A stretch of DNA of 33,523 nucleotides from Dehalococcoidia bacterium (lineage in GTDB: Bacteria > Chloroflexota > Dehalococcoidia > GIF9 > AB-539-J10), in NCBI GenBank assembly GCA_029857995.1, contig JAOUFZ010000002.1, positions 1-33,523 on the forward strand, written 5' to 3'. A program made the position numbers and the translations under genes. The stretch's first letter is position 1. Each line of letters opens with the position of its first letter. The notes under the pieces are model-generated. The model had not been told where the DNA came from. It saw nothing but the letters and a program-made list of their open reading frames with translations, and made no database searches. Of the stretch, positions 1 to 7,246 are shown piece by piece.

Positions 1-161
1 TGCACGCTATAGAGGAGCTGGAATTCGTCAAGTCCAATGAATCGACAAGCGTACCTTTGCATCCCAAGGAGACCAGTCCGAATTTGCTCCAGTATACACT
101 GGTACTCCTGTGAACTGGTCCCCCCGGCCAGATTGTTATGCACGGTACCTCTAATTATCTG

Positions 162-575
162 CTATGTTTCTATCGGATACCCGGCATCTACCCAGGCTTC
201 ATATTCACCTTCCAGCCGGTACACATTCATGAATTCAGCATCCACCAGCTTCTGCGCCCCCTGTCTTGACGCGCTCTCAGAATGACAGTAGACCAGATAC
301 GTGGCGTTCTTGTCCAGCATTGGCATCGCCGCATCGAGAGACCCATCGCCCAGGTAGTAGTTTACTGCTCCCGGTAGGTGTCCCGCCTCGTAAGCAGGTG
401 AAACATCGATGATAATTAACTCCGAGTTTTCGTCGATCATCTCTTTGGCCTCGGCGGGCGATATATCCGTATAATTACCCGCCGGCTCTTGCGGCGTGCA
501 ACCTACTGTTATTCCTACTGTTATTACTGAAGCTAAAAGTAGAATCCCAACCATAATACGTAGTCTCATTTTCAC
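162..575 (-). CDS. Rhodanese-domain sulfurtransferase, predicted lipoprotein
   Basis: 137-aa ORF. The N-terminal signal peptide ends in a lipobox-like VGC (MKMRLRIMVGILLLASVITVGITVGC). Single rhodanese fold with active-site loop YCHSESASR and C-terminal LEGEYEAWVDAGYPIE. SD-like GAAGGA lies upstream of ATG 575. Confidence 0.85.
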   Translation of the reverse strand: MKMRLRIMVGILLLASVITVGITVGCTPQEPAGNYTDISPAEAKEMIDENSELIIIDVSPAYEAGHLPGAVNYYLGDGSLDAAMPMLDKNATYLVYCHSESASRQGAQKLVDAEFMNVYRLEGEYEAWVDAGYPIET

Positions 576-689
576 TCATCCTTCGAGATTTCATATTGAA
601 CACTGTTAATAAACAACGCTCAACCCTGTTTTTTTGTTGGATTGGATCGACCACGGTTATATATAGTCTATCGACTGGGATATGGAATA

Positions 690-730
690 GTCATAAAATA
701 GAAGTCAGCAAAGTTACAAAACTATGACAT
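690..730 (-). promoter_or_regulatory. Copy A of a conserved 41-bp motif (GTCATAAAAT-N10-AAAGTTACAAAACTATGACAT on the + strand), 114 nt upstream of the rhodanese gene
   Basis: Same architecture and length as 1941-1981, 2260-2300 (reverse complement) and 12662-12702. It is oriented the same way relative to the downstream gene in all four cases. Confidence 0.6.
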
Positions 731-922
731 TCTGGAGTTAGTCGTAGGCCTGATTGGTACGGTGTCCCTGGGGAATTCGTCCCTGAGCAACTTATGGGCA
801 CCGCCATCCAGAATTGGTGTCTACAACAAGTAGGACCCGTCTCCAGGCCGCAAGAGACTGCTTTGTCGTCTCTTGCAGCCTGGCCAGTATCTGAGTGCAC
901 GCTGCAATCGAAGCCTGAGGTC

Positions 923-1111
923 TTATGCCTGCTTGATTATTGTCTTCATCTGTTTCATCATCTTGGGGTCATTAAGCTGTTCATCGGTGTAGCGGTGCAC
1001 CTCTTTGGCATGCTTTGCCGCCTGTGCAAGCACCTCTTCCTTGGTTTCGCCCCGGGCGACGAAAGGGCAAGTAGTCTCCCCGGCGTCCCGACAAGCCAAC
1101 GTGTAAGCCAT
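923..1111 (-). CDS. DUF1059-like small metal-binding protein
   Basis: 62-aa ORF MAYTLACRDAGETTCPFVARGETKEEVLAQAAKHAKEVH...; Cys pattern and length are typical of DUF1059. Strong SD AAGGAGGTG lies 5 nt before the ATG. Confidence 0.75.
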   Translation of the reverse strand: MAYTLACRDAGETTCPFVARGETKEEVLAQAAKHAKEVHRYTDEQLNDPKMMKQMKTIIKQA

Positions 1112-1189
1112 TTTTCACCTCCTTGCTTCTTTAGCTTTGCATCAGCGTTGTAATCAATTGAAAGTGCTTATGTTTACTTTTCTGCAAAC

Positions 1190-1206
1190 GTTCTCTTGAA
1201 GAGAAC
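1190..1206. promoter_or_regulatory. Perfect 17-bp palindrome GTTCTCTTGAAGAGAAC, possible operator upstream of the DUF1059-like gene
   Basis: 7-bp arms around a 3-nt centre, about 80-95 nt upstream of ATG 1111. No flanking T-tract on either strand, so it is not a convincing intrinsic terminator. Confidence 0.3.
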
Positions 1207-1233
1207 AATTCCAAATAACGATTGTGAAGTATA

Positions 1234-1524
1234 TTACTCTGTTCCAGCTCTTCTCTTTAGAATTTCGCGACCATCCTGGACTATCCTCGTCTCGGCATGT
1301 GCTATCTCGTAAGCTGGAGCAAGGAATTCCTCGATTTTCTGGGCAGAGTCGGTCTCGACTACAATGTAGAGGGTGTGAGCCGGCGCGTCCACCCAGACGC
1401 CAACCAATCTAACTCCAGACTGCTCAGCACTGCTGAGCAGTCTGCCGAAGGTGGCACGGGCTTTTTCCGGATTGTGGTAAGGGCATGTCCCCGGTGTGTG
1501 GACATGAGTAATGTGAAATAACAT
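1234..1524 (-). CDS. Small hypothetical protein (about 96 aa, alpha/beta type)
   Basis: ORF MLFHITHVHTPGTCPYHNPEKARATF... preceded by GGGAGGGAGGAAG SD. No family recognised with certainty. Confidence 0.65.
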   Translation of the reverse strand: MLFHITHVHTPGTCPYHNPEKARATFGRLLSSAEQSGVRLVGVWVDAPAHTLYIVVETDSAQKIEEFLAPAYEIAHAETRIVQDGREILKRRAGTE

Positions 1525-1574
1525 TTTCTCTTCCTCCCTCCCTGTTTATTAGTTCAATCTTGGCAAGCTACCTG

Positions 1575-1865
1575 TTAGAGCTGTACTGCAACTTCGTATA
1601 TCTCGACCTTAGGTGGTTGGGCAGTTGCTTCCCAGACATATTGCGCCCGGAGGCGTTTGGCAGCCTCGGCACTGGCATTAAGGTCAGCCTCAGTCTCCCG
1701 CAGGGCGATGCCCATCTGCTTGCCTGTCTTTCGGTCAACCAACAGGTATGAGTCCTTAAACCCCTTCATATTCCTGGCTTCGGGAAGGACTGTCTCCCGC
1801 ATGAAACGGACCGCTTCGTCAATTCCCGCTGGTGACCCCTCAGTCATGGTTACTCTTGCGAACAT
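1575..1865 (-). CDS. Ferredoxin-like (Dabb/ABM-type) small stress-related protein
   Basis: The ORF track starts at 1883, but AAGGAG sits 7 nt before the second ATG (1865, MFARVTMTEG...). The sequence (...MKGFKDSYLLVDRKTGKQMGIALRETEADL...) resembles monooxygenase-like Dabb domains. Confidence 0.6.
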   Translation of the reverse strand: MFARVTMTEGSPAGIDEAVRFMRETVLPEARNMKGFKDSYLLVDRKTGKQMGIALRETEADLNASAEAAKRLRAQYVWEATAQPPKVEIYEVAVQL

Positions 1866-1940
1866 TTCGCAGCTCCTTTCCATTAGTAATGTTTTACAGC
1901 TGATGCACTACAACGATTGTAGCAATAGCAGTGTTAAAAG

Positions 1941-1981
1941 GTCATAAAATTGCATCAATAAAAGTTGCAAAGTTATGTCAT
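1941..1981 (-). promoter_or_regulatory. Copy B of the 41-bp motif, about 75 nt upstream of the 1575-1865 gene
   Basis: GTCATAAAAT-TGCATCAATA-AAAGTTGCAAAGTTATGTCAT. Confidence 0.6.
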
Positions 1982-2259
1982 TTTGTTATGGGCTAGTTTA
2001 TATGAAAAGGGACACACTTCTTCAGCTATAACGCTTACAAAGGGTGTCCCCACATTCGTTCCACTACTCCTCCCCTTCGATCACTTTCGCTAAGTTGCCC
2101 ACTTTACTTGGAGCCCTCATAATATCACGAGGAGCTCAGGAACCTTCCTTCACTTGCACTTTTTACTTTAACAGTATCCCACCTCCCTTTTTCAATATAA
2201 TTCTAGACTCATGGGTAGCCTGCGTCTGTGACTCTTATCGCTTTGAGATTAGGTGCAAA

Positions 2260-2300
2260 ATGTCACACTTTTGTAATTTTTCCCATCGATATTTTATGAC
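2260..2300 (+). promoter_or_regulatory. Copy C of the 41-bp motif (inverted), 174 nt upstream of the SDR gene
   Basis: ATGTCACACTTTTGTAATTTT-TCCCATCGAT-ATTTTATGAC. This is the reverse complement of the other copies, matching the + strand orientation of the downstream gene. Confidence 0.6.
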
Positions 2301-2474
2301 TTCTCCACAGCAGGCGAACTATAATTTCAATCGGAGCGTGTCCGTGTTGCTAAGTCGCGCCCTGTAATTTCGTTCAAGTCTGGAGACTGGTTGGAGTAAG
2401 GAAATGCGGAAGCGTTGCGAGATTACCTTTCTAACGTGATTCGGCATATCATAAGACCAAGGAGGTGAAGAAAC

Positions 2475-3230
2475 ATAAGGCTAAATAACAAAACAGCGAT
2501 TGTAACTGGGGCTCGGAGAGGAATAGGGCGTGCCATTGCCTTGGCTCTGGCCAGAGAAGGAGCCAATGTAGTTGTGAGTGACATAAGCCAAGAAGATTGC
2601 CAGAAGGTTGTTGATGAGATAGAAGAGCTGGGGAGAAAAGGATTGGCACTCAAGTGTGAGGTCAGCTCCAGCGACGACGTCGAGGATATGGTCAAGAGAA
2701 CAGTGGCAGAGTTTGGCAGAGTTGACATCCTGGTAAACAATGCAGGAATCTTAACTTTCAAGCCGTTCCTGGAGCTTACGGATGAAGACTGGGACAAGAC
2801 TTTAAATGTAAATCTCAGGGGGCAGTTTCTCTGTGCTCGGGCTGCTGGCAGAGTCATGATCAAGAACAAATGGGGGCGCATCATTAACATCGCCTCAATC
2901 TCTTCCGGTGGATGTGGCATTGCCTTTCCTCTCATAGCTCATTACACGGCATCAAAAGGTGGTGTAATGGCTCTCACCGAAGCACTTGCACTGGAGCTTA
3001 CTCCCCAAGGCGTAAATGTGAACGCGATTTGCCCCGGGGCGATAGATACTGACATGTCTAAAGGAGTCAAGGAAGGCGGTCAGTTGGCGCAGGTGCTGGC
3101 AAGAATTCCTAAGGGAAGACTGGGACAACCGGAGGAAATTGCTAGCCTTGCCGTTTTTTTGGCATCCGAGGAGGCTGATTATATAAGTGGGGCTGCCATT
3201 GTTATTGATGGTGGGTGGCTAACATCATAG
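2475..3230 (+). CDS. Short-chain dehydrogenase/reductase (FabG-like)
   Basis: Rossmann motif TGARRGIG, NNAG, YTASK catalytic motif and PG..DT. The first canonical in-frame start (TTG 2541) lies after the TGxxxGIG motif. The in-frame stop is at 2466 and GGAGGTG is at 2461-2467, so ATA 2475 is the most plausible start. Confidence 0.85.
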   Translation: MRLNNKTAIVTGARRGIGRAIALALAREGANVVVSDISQEDCQKVVDEIEELGRKGLALKCEVSSSDDVEDMVKRTVAEFGRVDILVNNAGILTFKPFLELTDEDWDKTLNVNLRGQFLCARAAGRVMIKNKWGRIINIASISSGGCGIAFPLIAHYTASKGGVMALTEALALELTPQGVNVNAICPGAIDTDMSKGVKEGGQLAQVLARIPKGRLGQPEEIASLAVFLASEEADYISGAAIVIDGGWLTS

Positions 3231-3277
3231 CCTATTGATAAGTGTCGCCTCTACGGCCAAAAACATAAGCGCTGGGG

Positions 3278-3463
3278 GTGTTCTATAATGGGGGACACCA
3301 TGCCGGGCTTGGTGCGAGCACTCTGCTTCGGGTTGGTTATCCGAGTGTCTACAATGTCCCCGATAGCGTAAAGGGATGGGTAGCTGCTGGTTTTCCTGTC
3401 ACCACTGGCGAGGCTCTTGAGTACCAGGCAAATGGAGTTCGGAGGGAGTATGAAGAAATATGA
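3278..3463 (+). pseudogene. Truncated rhodanese-domain remnant (C-terminal half only, active-site Cys replaced by Asn)
   Basis: VFYNGGHHAGLGASTLLRVGYPSVYNVPDSVKGWVAAGFPV matches the rhodanese active-site loop through the C-terminus. An in-frame TAA at 3266 and the SDR stop at 3230 leave no room for the N-terminal half. It overlaps the next gene by 14 nt. Confidence 0.45.
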
Positions 3464-4823
3464 TGTCATTGTCATCGGCTCAGGGTGCGGAACTAATATT
3501 GTCGACGAAGCCCTATCCCATGGCCTAAGTGTGGCACTTGTGGATAAAGGCCCACTTGGAGGTACCTGTGCCAATCTGGGCTGTATACCATCCAAGATGC
3601 TCATATTCGCTGCTGACAGAATAGCCGAGATACAGGGAGCCAAAAAGCTGGGCATTGAAGCCGCGACAAAAAATATTGACTTCAATTTCATCATGGAGCG
3701 CATGAGAAAAGTCGTACGGGAAAGTCAAGAACACATGAAGCAAGAACTCTCCCACGTAGAAAATCTAGACTTCTATGAAGGCGAAGGACACTTTGTTGCT
3801 GATTACACCATCGAGGTTACTGGTAAAAAAATAAAGGGCGATAAGGTTTTCATCGCTTCTGGCTCGCGCCCCCTGATACCGCCAATAAAGGGTCTGGAAA
3901 GCCTGGGCTATCTTACCAATGAGACAGTGCTACAACTGAAGGAGCGGCCGGACAACCTCATAATTATCGGTGGGGGCTATATTGCAGTGGAATACGGCCA
4001 CTTTTTTGCCGCCATGGGAACCAGGGTAAATATTTTGGAAATGGCAGACCGGCTCGTCCTTGCTGAAGAACCAGAAATAGCGGAGATTCTGAAGAAGGAG
4101 TTAGGCCGGCGCATGGATGTTTACACTGGCGTCCAAGCTGAGGCGGTGAAGAGTAATGGGCATGATGTAACCGTTGTTGTAAACGATTTAAAGGGTGGCG
4201 GGCATAAGGAATTCACGGCACAGAGAATCCTGATGGCCGTGGGTAGAAGGTCTAATGCCGACCTGCTAAAGTTAGAAAATACTGGTGTGGAGGTTGATAA
4301 AAGAGGCTTTATCAAGGTTGATGAGTACCTTGAAACCACTAAGAAGAACATATTTGCTGTGGGGGATATCAACGGTCAGCAGATGTTTACGCATGTAGCC
4401 AACGTAGAAGCATCGCTGGCTGCCGATAATGCCATCCATGGCAGCAAAATAAAGATGGACTACAGCGCTGCTCCCCATGCTGTCTATTCCTACCCCCAGA
4501 TTGCATCCGTAGGAATGACTGAAGAAGCTGCCAGAAAAGCACACAAGGTCCTGATCGGCAAGGCCAAGTATTCAGACGTGGCCCAGGGTGAGGCCATGAT
4601 GGAGGAAAATGGCTTCGCCAAAGCTATCGTAGAGGCGGATACGGGAAAGATATTAGGTTTTCACATTATTGGCCCCTACGCGCCTATTCTGATTCAGGAA
4701 GTGATAAATGTCATGGCATCTGGCGGTGGCATTGACCAGATACAAACAAGCATGCATATCCATCCCGCTGTCACCGAGCTAATACCTCAGGTGTTAAGTA
4801 ACCTGAAGAACACAATGTCATGA
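3450..4823 (+). CDS. Class I pyridine nucleotide-disulfide oxidoreductase (dihydrolipoamide dehydrogenase / mycothione reductase-like)
   Basis: GGAGGGAG SD before ATG 3450. FAD motif VIGSGCG, redox-active disulfide GGTCANLGCIPSK, NAD motif IIGGGYIAVE, and C-terminal dimerisation motif HIHPAVTE. Confidence 0.9.
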   Translation: MKKYDVIVIGSGCGTNIVDEALSHGLSVALVDKGPLGGTCANLGCIPSKMLIFAADRIAEIQGAKKLGIEAATKNIDFNFIMERMRKVVRESQEHMKQELSHVENLDFYEGEGHFVADYTIEVTGKKIKGDKVFIASGSRPLIPPIKGLESLGYLTNETVLQLKERPDNLIIIGGGYIAVEYGHFFAAMGTRVNILEMADRLVLAEEPEIAEILKKELGRRMDVYTGVQAEAVKSNGHDVTVVVNDLKGGGHKEFTAQRILMAVGRRSNADLLKLENTGVEVDKRGFIKVDEYLETTKKNIFAVGDINGQQMFTHVANVEASLAADNAIHGSKIKMDYSAAPHAVYSYPQIASVGMTEEAARKAHKVLIGKAKYSDVAQGEAMMEENGFAKAIVEADTGKILGFHIIGPYAPILIQEVINVMASGGGIDQIQTSMHIHPAVTELIPQVLSNLKNTMS

Positions 4824-4966
4824 TTACCAGAACAGAAGATAATGGCGCGTGAGCACGGTAGCGAGTCAATTGTCGAGCTAGGAGACTTTTGGCTTCTCGC
4901 CGGTCGGCAAACAGTTCAGGGCTATGCGACAGGATGCGTAATTTCCCCATGACCAAGCTCCAATTT

Positions 4967-5554
4967 CTAAACACTTTTCTTACCATGAAACAATTCACTT
5001 CCGGCACCGGGGTATACTATACGCTTTGATGCGGGAGTAGATGTAGCGACCCCGGGCCATATTCCACTCTGCGGCTGCGGTCCCTCAAGTGTTATTCCTG
5101 ATGGTGCCCCATCTCTCATCTGAGGTTCTTTTCTGATGTTAACCCTCGCCACATTGTGTGAGAATTCGATAGGGATACCGTTTGGGTCATGGGCGTAAAT
5201 CGAGTGAATGAATCCGTGGTCAATAACGTCTGATACGGGAAAACCCGCGGCCTCTAGCTTGTCCTTCAGCGACCACAGGTCATCTTCCGTTTCAACACCG
5301 AAAGAGACATGGTCGAAGATGAAAGGGCCTCTAACCGGGCGTCCATGCTCCTTTTTGGCCACAGGCTTAACCCCAGCCCACTCAAAAAAGGCGATGAGGT
5401 CAGTCTCCGAAATCTCAAAAAAATAGTGTCGGTATCCCGGTTGCCCCAATCCGGCAACCAGACGCATACCCAGCAGGTCCCTCCAGAAACGTATGGTCTT
5501 GTCCATATCTCCTGTAGCCATAGCCAGGTGATTTACTCCATTAAAACTGACCAT
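4967..5554 (-). CDS. VOC family (glyoxalase/bleomycin resistance/dioxygenase fold) protein
   Basis: 195 aa; VNHLAMATGDMDKTIRFW...HYFFE...FDHVSFGV...HSIYAHDPNGIPIEF, typical paired beta-alpha-beta-beta-beta modules. Confidence 0.8.
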   Translation of the reverse strand: MVSFNGVNHLAMATGDMDKTIRFWRDLLGMRLVAGLGQPGYRHYFFEISETDLIAFFEWAGVKPVAKKEHGRPVRGPFIFDHVSFGVETEDDLWSLKDKLEAAGFPVSDVIDHGFIHSIYAHDPNGIPIEFSHNVARVNIRKEPQMRDGAPSGITLEGPQPQSGIWPGVATSTPASKRIVYPGAGSELFHGKKSV

Positions 5555-5582
5555 TTATGTATTCCTCCTTGCCATCTCGAAG

Positions 5583-6071
5583 TTATGCCCCACCCCTAAG
5601 TCTGCCTGCCATATATACCAGTTCACTGAGATGTTTCTTTTCCTCGCTGGTTATCACGTCTACGATTTCTTGATCCTGTCTGGGCATCATGCCCCTCATC
5701 TCTGAATAGAACAGAATAGAATCTTTCTCAAAAGCGATGCCAATTTCTAAGGCTTCTACGTCTGTAATCGATTTTCTCCTCAAGACAGTCTGTGCTCGTT
5801 CCCCAGCGAAGATACTGGTTTCAGCTAGGTCCCTGATATACTGGTAGTGTTCCCCAGTTTGCTTTTGGTAAGGTCGATAGCCACCAAGACGGGACAGCAT
5901 ATCATGAAAGTTATTCTCATGTTCCCTCTCCCGGGCAGCAAGTTTGGCAAAAACGTCCCCTATCTCTTTGTTTCTATTAAGTCGAGCTGCAACCTCGTAG
6001 AAGAAGCGTCCGTTCTTCTCGATCTCGATTGCCAATTCCAGAAATTCCTTACCGATTGATATTTCAGACAT
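5583..6071 (-). CDS. Ferritin-like / rubrerythrin-family diiron protein
   Basis: 162 aa; ELAIEIEKNGRFFY...AAREREHENNF...AFEKDSILFY...SEEKKHLSEL shows two E...ExxH-type half-sites. GGAGGTAGAAG SD. Confidence 0.8.
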   Translation of the reverse strand: MSEISIGKEFLELAIEIEKNGRFFYEVAARLNRNKEIGDVFAKLAAREREHENNFHDMLSRLGGYRPYQKQTGEHYQYIRDLAETSIFAGERAQTVLRRKSITDVEALEIGIAFEKDSILFYSEMRGMMPRQDQEIVDVITSEEKKHLSELVYMAGRLRGGA

Positions 6072-6096
6072 CTTCTACCTCCTTGAACTCTTTTCC

Positions 6097-6276
6097 TTAC
6101 TCATGGGAGTGGTGCTTGGCTGAAGATCCCTCACAGCACCCTGGCTCTCCCGGATGACCGCAACAGTTCTGTCTTCGCCAAATCTTTATGAAGTTGTTGC
6201 GAAACACTAGTTTGAGCTTTCTTCCCAGAGGCATGGGCACTGACATATTGGTGAAAAACGCTTTTACTGTTGGCAT
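6097..6276 (-). CDS. Small Cys-rich protein (59 aa, C-terminal CCGHPGEPGCC motif), function unknown
   Basis: AGGAG lies 8 nt before the internal ATG 6276 (MPTVKAFFTNMSV...); the longer track ORF (to 6339) lacks an SD. Sits between korB and the rubrerythrin-like gene on the same strand. Confidence 0.55.
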   Translation of the reverse strand: MPTVKAFFTNMSVPMPLGRKLKLVFRNNFIKIWRRQNCCGHPGEPGCCEGSSAKHHSHE

Positions 6277-6392
6277 ATTACAAGCTCCTAAGAATATTCC
6301 TTGTTCATCAACCCTAGGTAACGCTGCGTATTGCTTCATTTACTGACCTATTCTCATATCGGTCACCTTCCTATTGTCGAAATCACGTCGAC

Positions 6393-7244
6393 TCACATAA
6401 ACTCCGCCAGGAGTTTCTCAACTCGACGGGGGTCAATTATCTGTTTCACCAGCGGCCCCTCGCTCAGAGCCGGTAGCTGATCTTCGTAAACCAGCAAATC
6501 TCCTTTGTAGATGACCCCAATAGGAATCTTCTCTCCCCATTCAAGTGCCTTTTCTATTGCTGCCTTCTTGTCGCTGGGGTCATAGCTTTCGTCTTCCAGC
6601 TTATACACCCGTTCCGCATACCACTGGAAGGTATTTTTATGGTTGAACGAGATGCAGGGTTGCAGAATATCGATGAGGGCGAATCCCCGATGAGTAATAC
6701 CCCTTTTAATAAGGTTGGAAAGGTGGTCTATATCCCCGGCGAAGCCTCTACCGACGAAACTGGCACCGCTGACGATCGCCAGGGCGATAGGATTTACCGG
6801 GCTAGCTGCTCCGTAAGGCGTCGTCTTGGTGATAAAACCGACATCACTGGTGGGGGATGCCTGTCCCTTGGTCAGCCCATAGACCTGATTATTATGTACC
6901 AGGTAGGTAATATCATGGTTGCGACGGGCAGCATGGAGAAAATGGTTGCCTCCCTCGCCATAGGCATCCCCATCGCCGCTGATGGCGATGACTATCAACT
7001 CAGAATTGGCAATCTTGGCGCCGATAGCTGGCGGAACCGGTCTGCCATGCAGGGAGTTGAACACGTTGCCTCTGGTGTAGTGAGGTAGCTTGCCTGCCTG
7101 GCCGATACCAGAGACCAGTAAGACCTGATGAGGTTCAATCTCCATCTCAACCAGTGCTCTATTTAATGCCTGCAATATGCCGAAGTTGCCGCAACCTGGG
7201 CACCACGCCGGCTTCAGTCCAGCATAATCAGAGACTGTAACCAT
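6393..7244 (-). CDS. korB: 2-oxoacid:ferredoxin oxidoreductase, beta (TPP-binding) subunit
   Basis: 283 aa; WCPGCGNFGIL cluster/TPP motif and GDGD..GEGGNH TPP-Mg site. Starts 3 nt after the alpha subunit stop. Confidence 0.92.
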   Translation of the reverse strand: MVTVSDYAGLKPAWCPGCGNFGILQALNRALVEMEIEPHQVLLVSGIGQAGKLPHYTRGNVFNSLHGRPVPPAIGAKIANSELIVIAISGDGDAYGEGGNHFLHAARRNHDITYLVHNNQVYGLTKGQASPTSDVGFITKTTPYGAASPVNPIALAIVSGASFVGRGFAGDIDHLSNLIKRGITHRGFALIDILQPCISFNHKNTFQWYAERVYKLEDESYDPSDKKAAIEKALEWGEKIPIGVIYKGDLLVYEDQLPALSEGPLVKQIIDPRRVEKLLAEFM

Positions 7245-7246
7245 CT

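Noticed and set aside
1-161. Two open minus-strand frames running off the left edge, one with a possible GTG start at 141 after AGAGG
   Set aside because: No recognisable family, and two frames are equally open. There is too little sequence to call a partial CDS.
2009-2050. GGGACAC-N28-GTGTCCC inverted repeat as an RNA hairpin or terminator
   Set aside because: A 7-bp stem with a 28-nt loop and no T-tract is thermodynamically weak. It is kept only as a note within the long-spacer finding.
37-3703. Antisense or shadow ORFs from the track (for example 37-285, 794-1153, 1297-1521, 1657-1947, 2044-2367, 2423-2935, 3251-3703), and similar ones throughout the window
   Set aside because: They overlap well-supported genes on the opposite strand or lie in spacers. 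They also lack SDs and have low-complexity Ser/Pro/Leu/Arg-rich translations typical of non-coding frames.
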